Under the pieces are notes generated by a model that was given only the letters and a program-made list of their open reading frames with translations, did not search any database and was not told the DNA's origin. Below, piece after piece: positions 59,494 through 64,000 of a stretch of 64,000 nt of DNA. How positions within the stretch are numbered: position 1 is the stretch's first letter; every line of letters starts with the position of its first letter. The stretch is from Ostreococcus lucimarinus (Eukaryota), in NCBI GenBank assembly GCA_000092065.1, contig CP000587.1; one strand, given 5' to 3'. Position numbers and translations under genes: made by a program.

Positions 59494-62400
59494 ATGCCGT
59501 TGAAAGAGAACGCATCGACGACGCGCACCGACGACGCGACGCACGCCGACGAGGACGCGAAACGCTTGAAAAAGTCGCGCGCGCGAGACGCGAGCGCGGT
59601 CGAGGCGCGATCGATGACGACCGAAGATGCCGCCGTGACGGCGATGGAGATCGACGAGGACCTGCACTCGCGACAGCTCGCGGTGTACGGACGAGAGAGC
59701 TTTCGAAAACTCGCGAGCGCGCGGGTGTTGGTGATCGGGGCGCGAGGTTTAGGGTGCGAGATCGCGAAGAATGTCGTCTTGGCGGGCGTGCGCGCGGTGA
59801 GCGTGTGCGACTCGGGGGCGTGCGAGGCGGCGGACGCGAGCGCGCAGTTTTACGTGGACGAAGCGAGCGTGAAGGCAAACGTGACGCGCGCGCGGGCGAG
59901 CGTGGGGAAGTTGCAGGAGCTGAATCCGGCGGTGGAGGTGAACTGCGTGGAGACTTGCGACGAAGACGCCGTCAAGGCGCACTCCGTGGTGGTGTGCGCC
60001 GGGGAGACGTCCGAGGCGGAGGCGGTGGCGATTAACGCCATGTGCCGGGCGAATAACGTGGCGTTTATTAAGACGGACGTGCGAGGGGTGTTCGGAAACG
60101 TGTTTTGCGACTTTGGTGACGCGTTCAACGTCTTGGACGTGGACGGCGAGGAGGCGCTGTCGTGCATCGTGGCGAGCGTGTCAAACGATTCTCCGGCGCT
60201 CGTCACGTGCATCGAAGACGAACGCGTGGAGTTGCAAGACGGCCAGCGAGTGACGTTTAGCGAGGTGCGAGGGATGACTGAACTGAACGGGCTGTCGGTC
60301 GTGGTTAAAAACGTGAAGAAGCATTCGTTTGAGCTCGACTTGGACACGAGCGCGTTTTCGCCCTACGTCGGCGGCGGCATCGCGACGCAAGTCAAAGAAA
60401 CGAAGACGCTCAAGTTTGCCTCGTACGCGGACTCGCTCGAGTCCCCAGGGGACTTTTTGTTGAGCGATTTCGCCAAGATGGAACGCTCGCCCCAGTTGCA
60501 CTTGGCCTTCGGCGCGCTCGACGCGTACGTCGCCAAGCACGGCGCGTCGCCGACGCCGGGTTCCGACTCGGATGCTGAAAAATTCGTCGCCGAAGCGGAA
60601 GCGTTGAACGCGACGCGTAAAGCGGTGGATGAAGTTGACAAGGACTTGTTAAAGACGTTTTCGAAGACGTGCCGAGGTCACGTCTCGCCCATGGCGGCGA
60701 TGTTTGGCGGCATCGTCGGCCAAGAAGTCGTCAAGGCGTGCACGGGCAAGTTCCACCCGTTGTTCCAATGGTTTTACTTTGATTCCGTCGAAAGCTTGCC
60801 CGAGACGTTGACCGAAGAAGACCTCGCGCCGCGAGGTGATCGCTACGACGGTCAAGTCATGTGCTTCGGGACGAAGATGCAGGACAAAATTCTCAGTCAA
60901 AAGATTTTCCTCGTCGGCGCCGGCGCGCTCGGTTGCGAGTTTTTGAAAAACTTTGCGTGCATGGGGTTGTCGTGCGGTCCGAGCGGTGGTGTGACGGTGA
61001 CGGACGACGACGTTATTGAGAAGTCAAACTTGTCCCGTCAATTCTTGTTCCGCGACTGGAACATCGGTCAAGGCAAGAGCGTGTGCGCCTCGAACGCGGC
61101 CAAGGTGATCAATCCGAACCTCAACGTCACCGCGCTCGAGAACCGCGTGAGCCCGGACACGGAGGACGTTTTCGACGATGGATTCTGGGAAGGCCTGGAT
61201 GTGGTCGTGAACGCTCTGGATAACGTAAACGCGCGGTTGTACGTAGACAGTCGATGCGTGTACTTCCAAAAGCCGCTGCTCGAGAGCGGGACTCTCGGCA
61301 CGAAGTGCAACACTCAAATGGTCATTCCGAACATGACAGAGAACTATGGTGCTTCTCGTGACCCTCCGGAGAAGAGCGCGCCGATGTGCACGCTGCACTC
61401 GTTCCCGCACAACATCGATCACTGCTTGACGTGGGCGCGAAGCGAATTCGAAGGTGCATTCGAGAAGGCTCCCGCCGAGGCCAACTCTTATTTGTCCAAG
61501 CCAGAGGAATACGCCGCGGCGGCGCTGTCGAACCCCGATGCTTCCGCGCGAGAGAATGTCGAAAAGGTTGCGCAAGTGTTGTTGAAGACGGCATGCTCCA
61601 CGTATGACGAATGCATCGCTTGGGCGCGCACGCAGTTCCAAGAGCAATTCCACGACAAGATTTTACAGCTCACGTTTACGTTTCCCGAAGACGCCGTCAC
61701 GTCGACGGGTTCACCTTTCTGGAGCGCACCGAAGCGTTTCCCGCGACCAGTCATATTTTCCACCTCGGACGCTTCGCACATGACGCTCATCCGCGCCATG
61801 GCGAACCTCAAAGCGGAGCTCTCTGGGATCGCGCGACCGGCGGCGGGAGTCAACGACGACGCCGCGCTCGTGCAGCTCGTCGACAAGGTGGCCGTCGCTC
61901 CTTTCGAACCGAAGAAGGGCATCAAGATCGAGACCGACCCCAAGGCGAACACCGCCGCTTCGAGCATTCCTGAAGGTATCGACGACGAGGCTGTGATCAA
62001 GGACGTGTTGGCCAAGCTCGAAACGAAGCGAGCGGGCTTGGGAGGAGATTACAGACTCAACGTCATCGAGTTTGAGAAGGACGACGACACAAACTTTCAC
62101 ATGGACGCCATCGCTGGTCTTTCCAACATGCGTGCGCGCAACTATGACATCGGTGAGGTCGATAAACTCAAAGCAAAGTTTATCGCGGGGAGAATTATTC
62201 CAGCCATCGCGACGACGACGGCGATGGCGACGGGTTTGGTGTGCCTCGAATTGTACAAGGTGTTCAAAGGCGCGAAGATTGAGGCGTATCGCAACACGTT
62301 CGCCAACCTCGCGCTCCCGCTGTTCGCCATGGCGGAGCCCATCGCGGCCAAGCAAGACAAATTCAAAGACTTGTCGTGGAGCATGTGGGACCGATGGATC

Positions 62401-62673
62401 TTGGAGGGCGATTTCACGGTTCAACAAGTCTTGGACCACTTCGAGGCCAAGGGCCTGATCGCGTACTCCATGTCCGTCGGCGCGAGTTTGGTTTATAACA
62501 ATATTTTCCCCAAACACAAGGAGCGTTTGAACCAAAAACTCAGCGAGTTGGTGCAAACCGTGGCGAAGATGGAAATTCCCGCCAAGCGTCGACACTTCGA
62601 CATCGTCGTCGCGTGCGAAGACGACGAAGGCGAAGACGTCGACATCCCGATGGTGTCCATTCGCTTTAGATGA
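59494..62673 (+). CDS. UBA1: Ubiquitin-activating enzyme E1 (UBA1)
   Basis: A 1059-aa protein, IDEDLHSRQLAVYGRESFRKLASARVLVIGARGLGCEIAKNVVLAGV (first ThiF repeat)...GAGALGCEFLKNFACMG (second adenylation domain)...PMCTLHSFPHNIDHCLTWAR (catalytic Cys region)...and a UFD-like C-terminus. Single exon with a true ATG. Confidence 0.92.
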   Translation: MPLKENASTTRTDDATHADEDAKRLKKSRARDASAVEARSMTTEDAAVTAMEIDEDLHSRQLAVYGRESFRKLASARVLVIGARGLGCEIAKNVVLAGVRAVSVCDSGACEAADASAQFYVDEASVKANVTRARASVGKLQELNPAVEVNCVETCDEDAVKAHSVVVCAGETSEAEAVAINAMCRANNVAFIKTDVRGVFGNVFCDFGDAFNVLDVDGEEALSCIVASVSNDSPALVTCIEDERVELQDGQRVTFSEVRGMTELNGLSVVVKNVKKHSFELDLDTSAFSPYVGGGIATQVKETKTLKFASYADSLESPGDFLLSDFAKMERSPQLHLAFGALDAYVAKHGASPTPGSDSDAEKFVAEAEALNATRKAVDEVDKDLLKTFSKTCRGHVSPMAAMFGGIVGQEVVKACTGKFHPLFQWFYFDSVESLPETLTEEDLAPRGDRYDGQVMCFGTKMQDKILSQKIFLVGAGALGCEFLKNFACMGLSCGPSGGVTVTDDDVIEKSNLSRQFLFRDWNIGQGKSVCASNAAKVINPNLNVTALENRVSPDTEDVFDDGFWEGLDVVVNALDNVNARLYVDSRCVYFQKPLLESGTLGTKCNTQMVIPNMTENYGASRDPPEKSAPMCTLHSFPHNIDHCLTWARSEFEGAFEKAPAEANSYLSKPEEYAAAALSNPDASARENVEKVAQVLLKTACSTYDECIAWARTQFQEQFHDKILQLTFTFPEDAVTSTGSPFWSAPKRFPRPVIFSTSDASHMTLIRAMANLKAELSGIARPAAGVNDDAALVQLVDKVAVAPFEPKKGIKIETDPKANTAASSIPEGIDDEAVIKDVLAKLETKRAGLGGDYRLNVIEFEKDDDTNFHMDAIAGLSNMRARNYDIGEVDKLKAKFIAGRIIPAIATTTAMATGLVCLELYKVFKGAKIEAYRNTFANLALPLFAMAEPIAAKQDKFKDLSWSMWDRWILEGDFTVQQVLDHFEAKGLIAYSMSVGASLVYNNIFPKHKERLNQKLSELVQTVAKMEIPAKRRHFDIVVACEDDEGEDVDIPMVSIRFR

Positions 62674-62925
62674 GAATACGTTTGATTTCCCGCAAACGTG
62701 ACGACGACGACTATGACGACTATTACGACGACCACGACGATTTGTTATGATACGTTTACACGCACAGACGATGTCGCGCGCGTCGTTTCCGTTCATACGC
62801 CGTGATCGATCGTCGCGTCCGCGCGTCTCGCCGCGTCCTACAGCCTCGCGGAGAGCGACGAAAAAGTGCCCGATCGTCGACCGTCGATCGTCACTGCGAG
62901 TCGGTGCCGTCGTCGCGAAGACGCG

Positions 62926-64000
62926 ATGCCGACGGTGTCGATGACGACGCACGCGCGATTCGCGTCCAACGCGCATGCGGCGCGCGCGCCGCGACGGCCG
63001 CGCGCGCGCGCGAACCCGCGCGCGCGTCGACAGGGGAACGGCGGCGATTCGGCGCGACGCGCGGTGAGCGATGGCGGCTTAGATGCGGCGAGAGAGGCGG
63101 CGAGAGAGCGCGACGTGGCGGCGAAGTGGGCGGGCGGCGCGTCCAAGGCGTCCTCGTCGTCGTCGCCGTCGCCGTCGCTCGTGGACCGAGCGAAACGTGC
63201 CGCGGGACGGGCAAAGACTGGGGAAGACGCGTCGACCTCGAGCGGGGAAGGATTCGAGGGCGAGAGCTGTTTGCTTGGCGATGGGATTTGGGAACGACTG
63301 CGCGAAGAGGCGAAAACGGATCTCGAAGGTGAACCCGCGCTGGCGAGTTATTTGTATTCCACCGTGTTGGCGCACAAGAGCATCGAGGACGTCTTGGCGT
63401 TTGTGCTCGCGAACAAGCTGCGAAACAACGTGTTGTTGGATTCGCAATTGCTCGAGCTCTTCAGTTCACAGTATAAAAAGTACCCCGAGCTCGGCAAAAA
63501 GTGTTTAGCGGACATGCAAGCGGTGTACGAACGCGATCCCGCGTGCGATAGGTATTTGGCCATCGTGCTGTTCTTCAAAGGGTTCCAAGCCATTCAGGCG
63601 CAACGCGTGGCGCACTCGCTCTGGCTGGAAGACCGCAAAGCGTTGAGTTTTTTGCTACAGAATCGAATCTCGGAAGTTTTCCACGTCGACATTCACCCGG
63701 GCGCGGTGTTGGGTCAAGGGATGATGATGGATCACGCCACGGGCGTCGTCATCGGTGAGACGGCCGTGGTCGGAGAAAACGTCTCCATTCTCCACGGCGT
63801 CACTTTGGGCGGGACCGGTACGTCACAGGGCGATCGACACCCTAAAGTTGGAGACGGCGTCGTTATCGGCGCGAACGTCACGATTTTAGGGAATATCAAC
63901 GTAGGCGCCGACACAAAAATCGGCGCCGGCTCGGTGGTGCTCGACGACATACCCGAAGGGTCCACCGCCGTGGGTATTCCTGCTAAAGTCATCAACCGCG
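62926..64000 (+). CDS. Serine O-acetyltransferase (SAT/CysE, hexapeptide-repeat) with N-terminal targeting peptide; 3' end beyond the window
   Basis: This frame is not in the track because the ORF runs off the window. ATGs at 62926 and 62941 (MPTVSMTTHARFASNAHAARAPRRP..., transit-like). Then ...DPACDRYLAIVLFFKGFQAIQAQRVAHSLW...HPGAVLGQGMMMDHATGVVIGETAVVGENVSILHGVTLGGTGTSQGDRHPKVGDGVVIGANVTILGNINVGADTKIGAGSVVLDDIPEGSTAVGIPAKVI, the SAT N-domain plus LbH repeats. Confidence 0.8.
   Translation, partial: MPTVSMTTHARFASNAHAARAPRRPRARANPRARRQGNGGDSARRAVSDGGLDAAREAARERDVAAKWAGGASKASSSSSPSPSLVDRAKRAAGRAKTGEDASTSSGEGFEGESCLLGDGIWERLREEAKTDLEGEPALASYLYSTVLAHKSIEDVLAFVLANKLRNNVLLDSQLLELFSSQYKKYPELGKKCLADMQAVYERDPACDRYLAIVLFFKGFQAIQAQRVAHSLWLEDRKALSFLLQNRISEVFHVDIHPGAVLGQGMMMDHATGVVIGETAVVGENVSILHGVTLGGTGTSQGDRHPKVGDGVVIGANVTILGNINVGADTKIGAGSVVLDDIPEGSTAVGIPAKVINR

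Noticed and set aside
1-64000. Prokaryotic-style systems (operons, CRISPR arrays, defence islands, IS elements).
   Set aside because: The window is eukaryotic nuclear DNA, with spliceosomal introns, transit peptides, eukaryote-specific genes and divergent or convergent monocistronic units. Tandem repeats are micro- or minisatellites without spacer structure. No transposase or integrase ORFs were seen.

Overview
This window is a GC-rich (about 65%) and very gene-dense stretch of eukaryotic nuclear DNA, with about 40 protein genes in 64 kb and no prokaryotic operon, CRISPR or mobile-element structure. Several features point to a green-lineage picoalga, most likely a Mamiellophyceae (Micromonas-like) chromosome, though that assignment is inferred rather than proven. 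These include a WRKY-like factor, a Tic110/cpFtsY gene pair, Arabidopsis-type telomere motifs (CCCTAAA) in promoters, short rare introns with GTGCGY donors and a GACTGACGA branch motif, and AT-rich islands between convergent genes. Genes recognised with good support include ISWI, a plastid-type SulP sulfate permease, DRG, eIF3a, PP2A-B56, plastid transketolase, cpFtsY, Tic110, a CbiA–BtuF fusion, uL18, PP2C, an RBD1-type rubredoxin, a UbiE/MenG methyltransferase, dolichol kinase, plastid-type EF-G, two tandem FBT/BT1 transporters, DPM1, RTF2, SepSecS, UBA1 and serine acetyltransferase. The most unusual item is a eukaryotic protein fusing a bona fide cobyrinic-acid a,c-diamide synthase (CbiA/CobB) to a BtuF-like corrinoid-binding domain. 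Other points worth a second look are hidden upstream exons (including one supplying the Tic110 transit peptide), a highly stereotyped intron branch-point signature, telo-box motifs and tandem-repeat arrays in bidirectional promoters, a zinc-ligand-deficient WRKY-like domain, and a candidate small RING-CH gene. Derived coordinates (intron borders, refined start codons) were worked out by hand from the ORF track and may be off by a few nucleotides.
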